From NCBI RefSeq assembly GCF_032191835.1, contig NC_083237.1, forward strand, positions 25,048,001-25,112,000: a stretch of 64,000 bases of DNA, in the 5' to 3' direction. The position numbers were made by a program, and so were the translations under genes. The notes under the pieces were generated by a model. That model was not told where the DNA came from and did no database searches. It saw only the letters and a program-made list of their open reading frames with translations. The stretch comes from Heteronotia binoei (taxonomy: Eukaryota). Shown in pieces: positions 1-13,800 of this stretch (position 1 is the first letter of the stretch; the number at the start of each line of letters is the position of its first letter).

Positions 1-185
1 ATCAGCCTTTAAATCGGGAATTAAACGGAGGCAGTCTTTCACACTTCCGTTACGACGATGGTTCAGCCTAGACAGGATGTTTTTTCCCTTTAACCTGTGG
101 GAAATAAACGCATGCGCAACAGTTATTGCCTGCGGCCGTGCATAAATACTAAGCAGACAGCGCATGCGGGGTAAGGACTACTCGC

Positions 186-317
186 CTCCTGTTCAGCAAG
201 CAGGACTCGGGCTTCCCGCTTTTGCCGCTCGGCTTCGGCCTCCGCTTCGTCCCGCCGCACTCGGGCGACGTTGTCCTTGTTCCTCACATGCCACGACTTC
301 TTCGGAAGGATATTCAT
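186..317 (-). CDS. LENG1: LENG1 (leukocyte receptor cluster member 1), first coding exon; rest of gene lies left of the window
   Basis: ATG at 317, translating [26 protein letters not shown]...VLLAEQE (44 codons), the conserved LENG1/CIR N-terminus. Exon ends at GAG|GCGAGT, a GC-type donor. Confidence 0.93.
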
Positions 318-329
318 AGCTGCTTTAAT

Positions 330-490
330 TTCGGAGTCCCACTCCGCTTCCTCTCAACTTCCGCTTCCGCAATAGCTTTCGCTTCTCCAATTGGCTGCGA
401 CTTGTCTCCGTTTTCCGATTGGAGGGGGGTGGGACAAAGGCGGTCGTGACGTCCTACAAACTCACGGGGTGTTCTGATTGGTTGGGGATC
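330..490 (-). promoter_or_regulatory. LENG1 CpG-rich promoter
   Basis: CpG-dense segment directly upstream of the ATG, with ETS-like ACTTCCG (~358-364), several CCAAT/ATTGG boxes (~387-394, 417-422, 476-484) and TGACGT (~447-452). Confidence 0.65.
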
Positions 491-902
491 ATTTCACCCT
501 TTTGTGTTGACTGCTGCAGAACCGTCTCCATACTGATTAATGAGATGGGCAAATTTTTTGAAATATTTTGGTGAAGGTCAGATTGCTGTGGTGCTTGGCT
601 CGTGCATCATATCTTTACTAATAGAACAGGTAACGTTAGTATTAATAAACCCAGTATAACATTTTAAAAATTCTCTTTTATCTAAGCGGGGATGGCTCAT
701 TCTGTAATTTGGGAATCATGTAGAAGAGAGATTTTGATCAGCGCCCTGATGCTAGATGTGAGTGACACCTAGTAAAATTACGTGCAGGTCTGACAGGGAA
801 AAATCTTAACTCAGAGTTAGGCTTTTGCGGTCTAATATAAAGACTGTCAAATGTTCTGCAACTTCACACAATAATTAGTATTACTGACTGTATAAATAAC
901 AT

Positions 903-908
903 TTTATT
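903..908 (-). terminator. Candidate TMC4 polyadenylation signal (AATAAA on minus strand)
   Basis: TTTATT on + strand, ~950 nt downstream of the TMC4 stop and before the LENG1 promoter. Confidence 0.35.
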
Positions 909-1852
909 TTCTACAGTGGTTGAAAGTGCTTCAGTACATTCAGTGAGCCTTATCACAACAACCTTAAAGTTCGACTGGTGGTATTCCCATGTTACATACT
1001 GGTGGAGCTCAGGCTGCTGAGAGATAGCTTACAGGGGCTTTGAACAAAGAAGAAACTTCAAATGCAGGCATTCCAAACCCAAGTCTAATTTGAAACCCCT
1101 CCCCCCCCATATCAAACAGCCCAAAGCATGTTTACTTTTAAATTTATGAGTTAATTTTTATGCCAAGCTCAAGGCAGCATTCTCCATTTTATCCTCACAA
1201 CCACCCTGTTAGGTAGGTTCATCTGATAGAAAATTACTGCCCCAAGGTCAGTCAGCCTGTTTCATGATGGCAATTTTAAGCTGGGTGTACATCAGTCTGG
1301 CTTTCTCTTTACTTTGAAATAAACTCCAGAGAATTAGACTTGAAATTTTACACAATAGAGTCACATTTTAACAAATGTTCTTAATTCACAATTGATGTAG
1401 AAATATTTGCATAATGTGTTTTTAGAAGTAACTTATTCAAATTTACCTTTTAATGCAAAAAACCCTGACTTTTTACCCACATCCTATATTCCCTTATGGA
1501 AATGCAAATTCCCCTTAAAATTCTGATATTTCATAATATTTTAAATCAGAATGTCAAAAGTTTGCATTGCAGTTCATTTTACAGTTCTTTAAAGTTTAGT
1601 ACAGACGTTGGTCTCAAGAGTCAGATGCAAGAATTCTTATGCTTCCCTCATGAGAAGGCAAAAAATGCATTATTGCAGAGCAGTTTCAACTGGATTGATA
1701 ACTGTTGCAAAATAACTTAAGAATAAAAGGCTGCAGCATCCAGAAGCAGAACTGGAGGGCATGAGTTGGCAGAATCAATACAGTAAAAATCAATGGTATC
1801 CAACAGTTCCTTCTGGTAAGGAGAATATATATCTTGTCATCGTTCTTCTGCT

Positions 1853-4800
1853 TCATTGGCTCAACTCGGAGATCTGCTTCACTAAGAAAAGCTTGTCCTG
1901 ACCCTCCTGAATACAATAAAAAGAGAAAACAGCTGGAAAGAAATGACCTGTACATTTCATTTTTCCTGCTATTCCATATCAGGCTAGTGGGACCAAATGT
2001 TACCAAGCATTTTTTTTCCAGAATTTGTTCTTTTATACAGAAAAGTCCTCTCATTTTGCAGCTGCCCATAGAGAATAGCTCCAGTGTTCTTCAGGGAAAT
2101 GGCAGCTGCAGTTCTCTCAGAATTAGAACTGATGAGTGAGGGGGAGAGTTCCCCTTCACCTTTAGGGAAGTCCAGTCACAAAACCAACTTGGAAAGTGGC
2201 TTTAAAATGGTGAAAGGTAGTGACAGATAGAAAAAATGTTCTTGCATCATTTCAGATCCTGCTCCACCTGAGCTTAATCCTGTTTAGTCTGACTGGCAAG
2301 AAGACCTAAAAGTGGAAGTCCAACCCAGCCCTCCTATTTGGGAAGGCAAGGATTAAAGCAGCATGTGCCTAAACTGTGACCTCACTCATTTCGGTGGCTT
2401 CCCATGTCAGGCCCCAACCATTTGGCAGTTTCTGATCCTGAACCAGCCAATGCAAGAGGTGGGTTTCTGACTCTTGCCCATTCTCCATGATGCCTCTTGT
2501 CAACAACTCACCAGCTGGAGCTGTCCTTTCAGACCTTTGACCATAGAGCTGTAGGAGCCAGCAAGAACCACGAGGTAGAACATGAGGATGCTTGAAGATG
2601 AAGGCAAAGGAGAGGGGATAGGGAGAACAACATGGTGTCAATGCGTGTGCTTCTCTCCCTAGGATGCAGAAATCTGGCATCCTTCTCTCTTCTCCCTTCC
2701 TGTCCCCATTCCCAGAACCCAGATGTCCACCTCAATTACCCCCTCACCTCAGCAACAGGAACAAGGGTGCCGCAAAGGCCAGAGAGCCTACAAACATCAG
2801 GAATTCCTGGGCAGTTGGCGGTAGCTGAGAAATGGCATTGGAGACTATATTCCACATGGTGGGCTCACCTCGAAATGGGCCACAGGCTTTTGAAGGGGAC
2901 AAACTATAGGAGAGAGAGAACAGAGATATAACTGAAGCGTTAGGGGGAGTGAAAGACAAATGCATTTATTTATTACAGTTTTATAATCATATATACTTCT
3001 AGCTCAAGGAGGCTTATAAAACAACCCAATCACAAGAACACAATTTATTGCCAACTACGCTGGGGAGCAGCATCTCTAGTGACCACCAAAAGCTATGGAA
3101 TGACAGCCAAAGCTGACCAGTAGCCTCCTGGCAGAAGGAACTTGGATTCTGCTTTGGGCAAAGATTCAGGCTAGGCAGCAAATTGTGCCCCCCCCCCCCC
3201 CAGCAGAGCTTCTGTGCCTTTAATTTTGCAAGGCGACCAGAAAAATTACAAATGCCCATCATGCAGCAGCTGTTACAGACATAAGAGCTCCCCATTTCCA
3301 CTACAGCTGCCACCAGCACTTGCCTAGATTGAATTATCACATCAGGCTAAGGATAGTCAAACAGTTCCATAAACATGAAGCAAGGCTGGAGATGGCTCTC
3401 CACATAGGGTGGAGGACATCTGTCTCAAATGCCCCTGGTTTGAGGCTGTGGCTTACAGTTGCCCCTCTGGATCTTGATTCTCATTTGGTTTTGCTTCTGT
3501 ACTACCTCCTCTCTCCTGTCTGGAATTCTCAACTAAGAGGCTGGGCAAGGGTCTTATACTTACACAAACATGCTGTACAAGGCAGGGACGCAAGAAATAG
3601 TTAGACCCAAGAGCAAAACCAACAGGAAAAAGAAATTGGAGCTGGAGGCCCGAAATGTCCGTTCAGCCGGCCGACAGTTGGCATAGAGGGTTAGCTAGAA
3701 AGGAGGAAGAAAATATGCAATGGGCTAAGTAAGAGCTCAAGAGACCTAGTTCATACCCCACTGCCAGCCAGGAGAAGCTGGGAATCCTTTAACATCATTA
3801 ATTCCTAGAATGAGGTGCAACAGAATCTCCGAAACAACACATCTTATAAGGCCCTGTTCCAAGGCAGAATCACAGTGAGTAACAACAAGAAATGAAGCAG
3901 CAAAGAAGGAGGTCCATCTGGCTGTCATTTAAGAAGAAAGGTGAGGACTTTTGGCAGACCCAACTCAATAGACTGGCAGCTCTGGGGTTGCTTGGAAGCT
4001 TATCAGGGGCCCTTCAATGAGGATAGCAAGCTTTTCCTTTTAAGTTAAAAAGAATACATGAGGAAAGTCTCCAGCTTTGACTTTTCCTTGCTGTTCTGGT
4101 TTTCTATTTACCAGAGATATTTTAAGTTTTGCTGTGTTTTTTATGCAGAGGGGAGTATTAAAATATGGCACCCAACCTCAAGCCTGAAATATGATGGAAC
4201 TCATTCTGTTCCTTTCAGAATTTAGCCACCTTATTCTGCCATATGATGTAGGCCAATTCATCTAGAACCTGCCTCAGAATCCCCTGAAATGTGCAGGGAT
4301 GCCCTCACTGATAGGCAAGGCTTTCTCAGCAGATGTCAATGTGAAAAGGGTTTCTTGAAGGCAGGACACTGAATGTGCATAAGACTCCAAATCCCCTCTC
4401 TTACTGTGTACTGTTTCCAGCTTCACCCCATCAGGGCACATGCTCTCTTTGAACCCAGAAGTCTTTGCTCACAAGCGTATCTCCACTCACGACTCACCTT
4501 TTTCATGTAAAATATCAGAATATATTTTAGAGTGTTGAGCACAGGCAGCAGGGGGCAGAAGAGAGCACCCGTCCAGCACAAGGTCTGTCCGTACACCAGA
4601 TCCAGGACATTGGCAGGCACCATGAACTCTTGCTGACCCCATAATTTTACTAATGGGCAGGAGGGTAGATATGTCACCAACATTCTGGAATACAAACAAG
4701 GAAAATGAGCAGATGTGGATTATGCAAAGCTGAGACCCTCAGAGTAGTGAACGCAACTAGAGAGATTGGTGGCATAAGATGGCTTCATATGTTCAGGCGC

Positions 4801-7800
4801 CCTTTGACCTTTACTGAAGTCTGGCTTGTGTGATTCCAGAATCCAAGTGCCTTAGGCACAGCTGCCACTAGGAAAACTGATATTTCACGCTAAATACTGA
4901 AAGCACACTTGAGCATCTTGGTTTTTTGTGAGTGCTGCTCCTGTGGAATAAAATGGGGAAGAATGTTTTATTCTAGTCACTGCGAGCTTCCTTTTAACAT
5001 CATTGGTGTGGGGGAAAGCACAACAAGGGCTCTTGAGCCTTAATTAGATGAAACAAAAAGTTCTATTGATTCCCTACCCTTGTGCACCAACTAAAATTAA
5101 TTTCCAGCGTTGTCGATACAAGGACTACTGTGTTCTTCCGTGGCTCTCTGACTTTTAAGGGATCTACATGTTTTGTCTGTAGTCAGGGCCAAACTACAAG
5201 TTTAGGTTTTTAACAAGGTGTGCGGAATGGCTTTTAATAAATAAAAGAGTCCAAACAGGCGCAGGGGAAGAGTTCTGCCATTTTCACATATCAAAACAGC
5301 ATGGGGGGGGGGGACTTATTTCCCTGTTTTTGCTGCTTTGTATGCACAGACTAAAGAGCCCCATGGCACAGAGTGTTAAAGCCACAGTACTGAAGTAATA
5401 AGGTCTGCTCACGATGTGAGTTCAATCCTGGCAGAAGCTGGGTTCAAGTAGCTGGCTCGAGGTTGACTCAGCCTTCCATCCTTCCGAGGTCGGTAAAATG
5501 AGTACCCAGCTTGCTGGGGGAAAGTGTAGATGACTGGGGAAGGCAATGGCAAACCACCCCATAAAAATCCTGCCGTAAAATACTTGCGAAAGCAATGTCA
5601 CCTCAGAGTCAGAAACCACTGGTGCTTGCACAGGGGACTACCTTTACCTTTTATGCACAAACTACTCCACGTGGAGCAGCAAAACCAGTGTTTTTTTGGT
5701 GTCAGAAAATGGCAGGTGCCCTGCCCCCTCACTATGATGGTGGTGCTCAGCTGCTCTGTGGCTGCAGGGAACCCAAGTCGGGTCTGGGGAATCCTAGCTG
5801 GTTAAAAACCCAAGCGTGCTGTTTGCCCTTTAGAGAAGCACTGGGCCAACCTCTGCTTTTTGAATTTTCAATGGGATAACTGCATTTTTTTTTCTTGCAA
5901 GCATGCCAAGGTGCAGTCTGATACCAGCTAGCTGCACGCTGTGCCTGCTGAAGTTCTGCAGTCATCCTATGGATTACACAGGTCCTAACACCATTGCCAG
6001 TTTGATGTAGTGGTTAAGTGTGTGGACTCTTATCTGGGAGAACCAGGTCTGACTCCCCACTCCTCCACTTGCACCTGCTGGAATGGCCTTGGGTCAGCCA
6101 TAACTCTGGCAGAGGTTGTCCTTGAAGGGCAGCTGCTGTGAGACCCCTCTCAGCCCCACCCACCTGACCGAGTGTCTGTTGTGGGGGAGAAAGATAAAGG
6201 AGATTGTGAGCTGCTCTGAGACTGAGATTCAGAGTGGAGGGTGGGATATAAATCCAATATCTTCTTCACCATGGCCTGAAAGAACTCCCATCCCCCTCAC
6301 CATTTTTTGTTTCTAACATCCAGCCAGATGAAGAGTTCCGGAGCACCCAAAAGCTTATGCACTGCTTTTTGGATCATTTGAGTTGGTCTTAATGAAAAAT
6401 ATCACAATGCTTTTGTTTTGGGATTTGGAATTGGAACCGATGCTATGTTTGCAAACAGGCCTAGAGAAAAATGTCCTGTCCCTTTAATAGAGGCTCTCCT
6501 GATCTTTCAGATCTCAGAAGCTAAGCAGAATCAGCCTTGGTTAGTGTTTGGATGGGTGGCCACCACAGAATCCCAGGCAATTGCAAATCACCTCTGAATG
6601 CCTCTTGCCTTGAAAACCCTATGGGGTTGCCATAAGTTGGCTGTGCCTTGATGGGACTTTATACACACACGTACAAAGTGTAGAAATGAGCCACAAAAGC
6701 TTTAAATGGCATGGAGGTAAATAACATCCCAGTAAGCTTCTATTGAGACTACCTTTACCTTTTTAAAGCTTCTGTTAAAGAGAAGGGACGGTGGCTCAGT
6801 GGTAGAGCATCTGCTTGGTAAACAGAAGATCCCAGGTTCAATCCCCAGCATCTCCAACTAAAAGGGTCCAGGCAAATAGGCATGAAAAACCTTAGCTTGA
6901 GACCCTAGAGAGCCGCTGCCGCTCTGAGTAGATAATACTGACTTTGATGGACCGAGGGTCTGATTCAGTATAAGGCAGCTTCATATGTTCAAGGATATTT
7001 TTCGTGGGCAACCCTAACTGCCTAGATAATGTTTAAATTCCTTTCAACCACATGTTTCCATAAACATCTTGGAAGAACAGCTAAACCAAGGGTGGCCAAA
7101 CTGTGGCTCAGGAGCCACATGTGGCTCTTTCACACATATTGTGTGGCTCTCAGAGTCCGCACCAGCCTGTTGGCCAGCTTGGAGAAGGCATTGCTCTCTT
7201 TAAATCAGTTCTTCAAGCCAGCCAGCAGCTTGGGGGAATGCATTTAGAGTTAAAGTTGCTTTCTTTCCACCTCTCCTTTCCCAAATCTATTTGCCTTCTT
7301 TCCTTCCTTCTTGTCCTGTGGCTCTCAAACATCTGACGGTCATGTCCTGTGGCTTTCAAACATCTGACATTTACTCTATGTGGCTATTACATTAAGCAAG
7401 TTTGGCCACCCCTGAGCTAAACCCATGCTTACCAAAGAGTAAAAAGGCAACAACCCCCCTCCCCCAAATCCTAAATCAGATTATTTCATACTAGCTAGAA
7501 GACAACCTTATGCCCATCTATGTGACACAGAACTGGCAAAACTTACTTTCTTGGAAATTCCACCAGCAACATCACGAGCAACATGATCAGCAGGTCGAAG
7601 ATCAATAGTTTGAACATTTCCTGACCCACTGAAGTCTCCCAACACTGGAAGGACAAAAAGAACCATCTCAGGCCTCATCTGGCTCAATCACTGACAAGGC
7701 CTTCGTTCTCATCTTCCCTGCAGCTCTCCCAGAAATCCTGATAGCTATTTGCCCTTTACAGGGTTGCCAGGTCTAGGTTGGGAAATTCCTGGAGACTTGG

Positions 7801-10800
7801 CAGTGGCGCCTGGAAAGAACAGGGTTTGGGAAAGGGAAGGGCCTCAGCAGAATGAATGCCATAGAGTCCGTTCTCCAAAGCAGCCATTTTAACCAGGTCA
7901 GCAGTAGTCTGGAGATCAGTTATAATTCTGGGAGATCTCGAGGCCTCACCTGCAGAACTAAGTTTGCCAGCTCTAGGCTGGGAAATACCTAGAATTTTTC
8001 TTTTTGGGGGGGAGGGGGGAGGAGGGGAGCCTGAGGTTTTGAGAGGGGAAGGACTTCAGTGGGGTATAATGCCATGGAGTCCATCTTCCAAAGAGGCTAT
8101 TTTCTCCAGGTGAGCTGATATCTGTTACTTGGAGATCAATTGTAATAGTGGGAGATCTTCAGCCACCACGTGGAGGTTGGCAACCTTGTGCAGGACAGAA
8201 ACCGTAGTAACATCACATTGGTTTCTATATATCCTGGGCATGATTTTTTCTAAGCCTGGCCCCCAGCTAGCTCCCTTCTGAAAGTAATCGGGATTCCTCA
8301 GCCTACTAGGCAAGGCCAAACCTTTGGCTTAGCCACCGCAGTGACAATTTGAGTTGGTGGTACAATAAAGATGGTGCCAGTGCATCCCAGAGGCCTGGTT
8401 AGCACTAGCTAGAAGCAGTATGAGAGGAAGAAATCAATATGCTTTGCTTGGACAGGGCAGAGAACCAATCTAGATCTGGTACTACCATTGGGTTTCACTC
8501 TCCACTCAAGAATCTAGGCTCTGCCTATCCAGCCCAGGCAAGCCTGAACACATCAGATCTTGGAAGCCAAGCAAGGCTGACTCTGGCTAGTACTTGGATG
8601 GGAGACCTCCTTGAAATACCAGCAGTCTGGAAGACAGGGGCAGGCTTTATCCAGTCACCTCTCTGAACATCCCCCAGGCCTCCAGTAGAGGTCACCAGAA
8701 GTCGTCATGGTTTCCAGGGATGCATGCATGCATGCACGCACGCACGCACACACACATTAAACCTAGGCTTTGACCTCCTGGTTCTCCTCACCAGGAATTG
8801 GTGGCTGTATCCACAGTCCTTGCATTCTTGATGTTGCAGGTCCCCATTACAAGTGATCTGGGACCAAAGTGAGATAAGAAGAACCACCAGGCTTGCAAGT
8901 CGTAGGAAGACAGTCCTACCAGACAGAAAAACAGCATAGTTATCAACTGAAAAGCAATGATCTGGCCGTGTTTTTTCTAAGGTCAGCTTGCCAAGTAAGA
9001 TTGCCAGCTTCCAGGTGAGATCTGGAATTCTCCTGGTTTATTGTTTTATCACGCTGTTGTGACCCGCCTTGAGCACACTAGTGGGGGATGGCAGGAAGTA
9101 AACTTCATGAAATAATAAATTAATATTTCTCCTTTATTACATGTTCTTTGTTGTTTTCCATTTCCTAATTTGACCCAGTTCAAGTGACAGCTTTTTGTTA
9201 CCTTTTGGTACACATCTTTTTGTTCTTTGCTCCATTTGCTGTTGGCTAAACAAAGGGCAATTTCTATTTCCCTCCTCTGTCCTTCGTCTCCTGCTACTCC
9301 CTTGTCTCTGGAACTCACCACCATTTGTGCTTCCCCCTTCTCATAACTGTTCAAAGCATCTGAAAAGGCACTTATTCCATCATTAGTGAAATCTGCCTCT
9401 CTTTTGGCTGCGACCTTCAGTTTTCTGTCCTGTTCCCCTTTCATTTTGGTCTTTTGAAAAATAACTAGCCTGTGAATGACAGGATTGTTCATTTTACCAG
9501 TTTGATGTAGTGAGAGCCAGTTTGGTGTAGTGGTTAAGTGCGTGGACTCTTAATTGGGAGAACTGGGTTTGATTTCCCACTCCTCCACTTGCACCTGCTG
9601 GAATGGCCTTGGGTCAGCCATAGCTCTTGTAGGAGTTGTCCTTGAAAGGGCAGCTGCTGCAAGAGCTCTCTCAGCCCCACCTGCCTCACAGGATGTCTGT
9701 TGGTGGGGGGAAGGTAAAGGAGATCGTGACCACTCTGAGACTCAGAGATTCAGAGTATAGGGCAGGATATAAATCCAATATCTTCTACCTTGTTTATTGT
9801 ACTGCATCTACCTTTTAAGGCACAATATCATCATCATCTTTACAGCTAGCTGCCTGTATTCCTCATGTACACCATGTCCCACAGAATATCCAGCACCTCC
9901 TGTACAGACTGTACCTGAGAAGAGTGATTTTGATTTCAAAGCTGAGCGGATATTTCTCTAGTTGCACAATGACCCCAAAAATCATTGGGATAAGAAGGTT
10001 TGCAACTGTGATGACAGCAGATGGGAGATAAGCTGCCAGCAGCTCCAAGATAATTTGACCTTTGACTGGAGAGTTCACCTACACAAAGACAGAGAATTCT
10101 GGATTAGATAATCATAACAGAAAGAGGACGAGAGGAATTCGTCATCTCCTTTCTTAAGATGCTCTGGCAGAAGTTCAACAGGTGCAACAATAGGGAGACC
10201 CACTCCTGTTGAATATCTGCTTGTCACACAACTCAGGAGAGTTTCTATCCATAGATTTTCAGCACCTGGCTGGCTGGTCCAGATGGTATAAGAACTGGCT
10301 TCCCTTTTGGTCCAGGTTCCCTTTCCCAGCATGCCCCCAAATGGCAGTGCAGTTACTGAACCCACCATCTGCTAAATCAGAGGGCAGGAGTTTGTTGTTT
10401 GTTTGTTTGTTTTTTTTGGGGGGGGGGGGGGTTCCTGCCCCAACCAGCAATAGCAAAGGTCCTGATGGGGAGACTACATGTGGAAGCTACTTCTTTACCG
10501 ATCCCACAAGCTGCTGGGAATATTCAGTCGCCAAGTAGATGCAGAAAAAGCCTCCAGCCAACAGGCCTAAGACCAGAATGTTGAGCAGGCCTCGAAGTAT
10601 GTAGAGAGTGACTCGTTGTTTTGTAGTCTGCTCTGCCAGGCGCCTGCGGAGCATCTCCTCCTCGAGATCCATCTGCAGGGAGAAAGAGACTCCTTACTAG
10701 CATCCCCAAATGGAACCTTCCGTGATAATAATTCCAGAGGGAACGGCATCAGTTTTATAGAAAAATAATAAAGTTGCTGTTGCAACTCCTATTTACCAAA

Positions 10801-13800
10801 ATGGAAGGACATTGAGCAGATATCTCTGCCAACATGGTTGATGTAAGCTAAAACCCGGAAGAAAAAGATCTCAGAAACCCAGTGTTACACTGGTATAGCA
10901 AGTCCTATCAGAGGTGAAGTTTTCTGATGGAGTTTATTTTTATCTTGCCTTGCCTTGCCTTCAAGGAGTTGTGGCCAGTCAATAACACGCCCCTTCCTTC
11001 CACACTAACTTTTGTCCTCACAACCTTGTGAGGGAAGTTGAACATAATGTGATCAAAGAGTGGTGATTTTATTTATTTATTTAATTCCATTTATATCCTG
11101 CCCTCCCCGCCGAAGCGGGCTCAGGGCGGCTTACATGGTCATGCATGTGCATGAGTATGAACATATAATAGGACATAAAAACCATAAAACAGTTAAAAAC
11201 ATAGAAAAATTGACATTTCAGTGCTATGATCTTAGGTTTCAGATTAATGTTTTCTGTGAAGCAGATCTTAGATGATCTTTTCTGCTGCTGCTGCTATAAA
11301 ACAGATTGCAAGAGGAGGCCCATATGTTACCTGGAAACTGTAGTGGCCGGCAATCTAGTTTGCAAATGCCTGGTGGAAGAGTGCCATCTCACAGGCCCTG
11401 TGAGCTCTTGCAAGGCTCTCTAGTCTGACATTCTAAACAGCTGGCAATGAAGCAAGCAACCTGTAGTTTGTCAGGTAGAGCAAGACGTAACCAGGCCCAA
11501 AGGTTGTTTGATGTGTAACCATGTATTACGTTTTCCTCATGTCTTCCCCAATTCCTGTGCAATTAGACATGTGTTGCAAGATCTCTGCCAGAAACTTAAT
11601 TCTCAGGCATGGGGATGGGTGTCTGATTTGGATCAGGACCACAGCACATCCATGCGTGCATGGGAATTAAGTCGCCAGCATGGAACTCACAACAGACATG
11701 TGGGAGAATGTGAGGAAAATGTAATGTGTAATTAGATCTTTCTTTTGTATGCCAGTGTAGAGAGCACGAAACAAGAGGATCCCATTGGATACTGGTGCCT
11801 GCTGTTGTGTGTTATCCTGAGCCCTTTGTTAGAGATCTTTGATCTCCATTTAACCACGTTATCTTTCTCTTCTCCCTTAATATAAGCCTGAGGGCTGATT
11901 CTGATGCCCAGTACTGAAAATGAGGAAAAGGCAGCATACAGCCTGATACAATAATGAGGCATCTCATGCAGGAGGTACAGTTTGAACTGGTTCCCATAAA
12001 ATTATCCTTTTTTGTTGGCCTGGGGTCACTATGTGCTGTATAGCTTTGTGGAAAACTGAGACTTTGTGCAACAGAAAATCATGACTCATCTTGAAGGGGA
12101 CTGGTGAATGGGCATGGGGGTATATGACTTGCAGTATGCCAAAGCTGGGGGCTGACCTGCCCTGCCCTGGATAACCTGAGCTAGCCTGATATTGCCATAT
12201 CCTGGCAGGATTGACCCTTGTTAGTATTTGGAGGGGAGACCACCAAGGAAGTCCAGGGCCACGATCCAGAGGCAGGCATGAGCCATCTGTGACTTGACAG
12301 CAAAAAAAGAAAAAAGAGGCTGGGGAGCAGGAAGCAGGTATGCAAATGTCAAGAGACTTGTATGTCATTCAAAGTTTTAAGGAATTGGGTGCCAGGAACC
12401 CACAACTTCCTACTAGTCTCCTTGAAAGCCAAGCCCAGGTACCCCAGCACTCTGCGATATCTGTTTCCAGCCTCTCTGGCATTGTCAATTAGCCTTACCC
12501 GCAGTTCATAGCGAATACTCTTGTGTCTTAACTGCACTGCGCTGGGTTGCATCAGGCCAAAATCCCAGCCAGCAAAAATCTTGTTACTGTAGGATCCAAG
12601 GGAAGCATCTTCACTAACTAGGCTGTGTTTGAGGGAATACACTGACCTAAGGAAGGAAGAGCAGAGAGAACAGGCATTGAAATAAGACTCATCCTCCAGC
12701 TGGGAGATGCAGCTACCTCCCAGTTCTCTCACCTCCGTACAATCCATATCAGACAGAAGAGGAGGTAGAAGAAGGCTGTGAGAAGATAGGCAAGGGGGAC
12801 GTTGTATGAGAAGTTGACAAAATCGACTGCTGAATTTTGGTATTTGCCATAGAACAGGTAGGTGAGTTCCATGAAACCCTATAGGGAGATAAGCACATGC
12901 AAAACTGACCACTGCTGAAAATGGGTCAGGGCAGCCCTTTTTGGGGATGTTCTTGGGATACAGTCCCTCACCTGGCCTGACAGAAGATCCATGATATAGG
13001 AAAAGAAGCTGACCAAGCCATAGACTGCGGGGTTGTAATGCAGACAAGAGGCATTCACTGAAAGGAAAGGGGAAAGAATGAATTAATTTCCCCAGCCCCA
13101 GAGAATCCAGGAGTTAACTGAAGTTGTTATAAACCCTACTATCAAATCCAGGAGTCCCAGAAAAAATGATTTAGCATAACATACTCTAATCTGTCCTGTT
13201 TTCCAAAGGTGTGCTACAGAAGCACAAAATCTGTCAATACAGTGAAGGGGAAGCTAGACCTGCAGAATTTCTGCCTCCTGCTCTGCTATTCAAGGTACAG
13301 AAGAGAAAGGATCTTGTTAGAGCCAGTTTGGTGTAGTGGTTAGGAGGGCACTTTAATCTGGGAGAACCAGTTTGATTCCCCACTCCACATGCAGCTGCTG
13401 ATATGACCTTGGGTCAGGTACAAGTTCTCTCAGAGCAATTCGAGAGAGAGCTCTCTCAGCCCCACCTACCTCACAGGGTGTCTGTTGTGGGGAGGGGAAG
13501 AGAAAGGAGATTGTAAACTTCTCTGAGACTCCAACTGTAGGACAGGGTATAACTCAAATCTCATCTTCTGCCACTTTTTACACACAGGTTTGCTCGTAGT
13601 TCAGGTAGCCAGCTCGAGGTTAACTCAGCCTTCCATTCTTCTGAGGTCGCTAAAATGAGTACCCAGCTTGCTGGGGGGAAAGTGTAGATGACTGGGGAAA
13701 GCAATGGCAAACCACCCCATAAAAAGTCTGCCGTGAAAATGTGAAAGCAACATCACCCCAGAGTTGGAAATGACTGGTGCTTGCACAGGGGACCTTTCCT

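Noticed and set aside
6781-6860. Possible tRNA gene
   Set aside because: A and B boxes are present but no complete cloverleaf; it runs into a SINE body repeated elsewhere in the window.
8520-8635. Possible functional 5S rRNA gene
   Set aside because: Many substitutions, no conserved 5' end or oligo-T terminator, not in a tandem array.
12349-13047. 232-aa ORF and other long ORFs over TMC4, MBOAT7, TSEN34 and GRWD1 exons
   Set aside because: Read-through of real exons into introns, or antisense shadows of them; explained by the spliced gene models.
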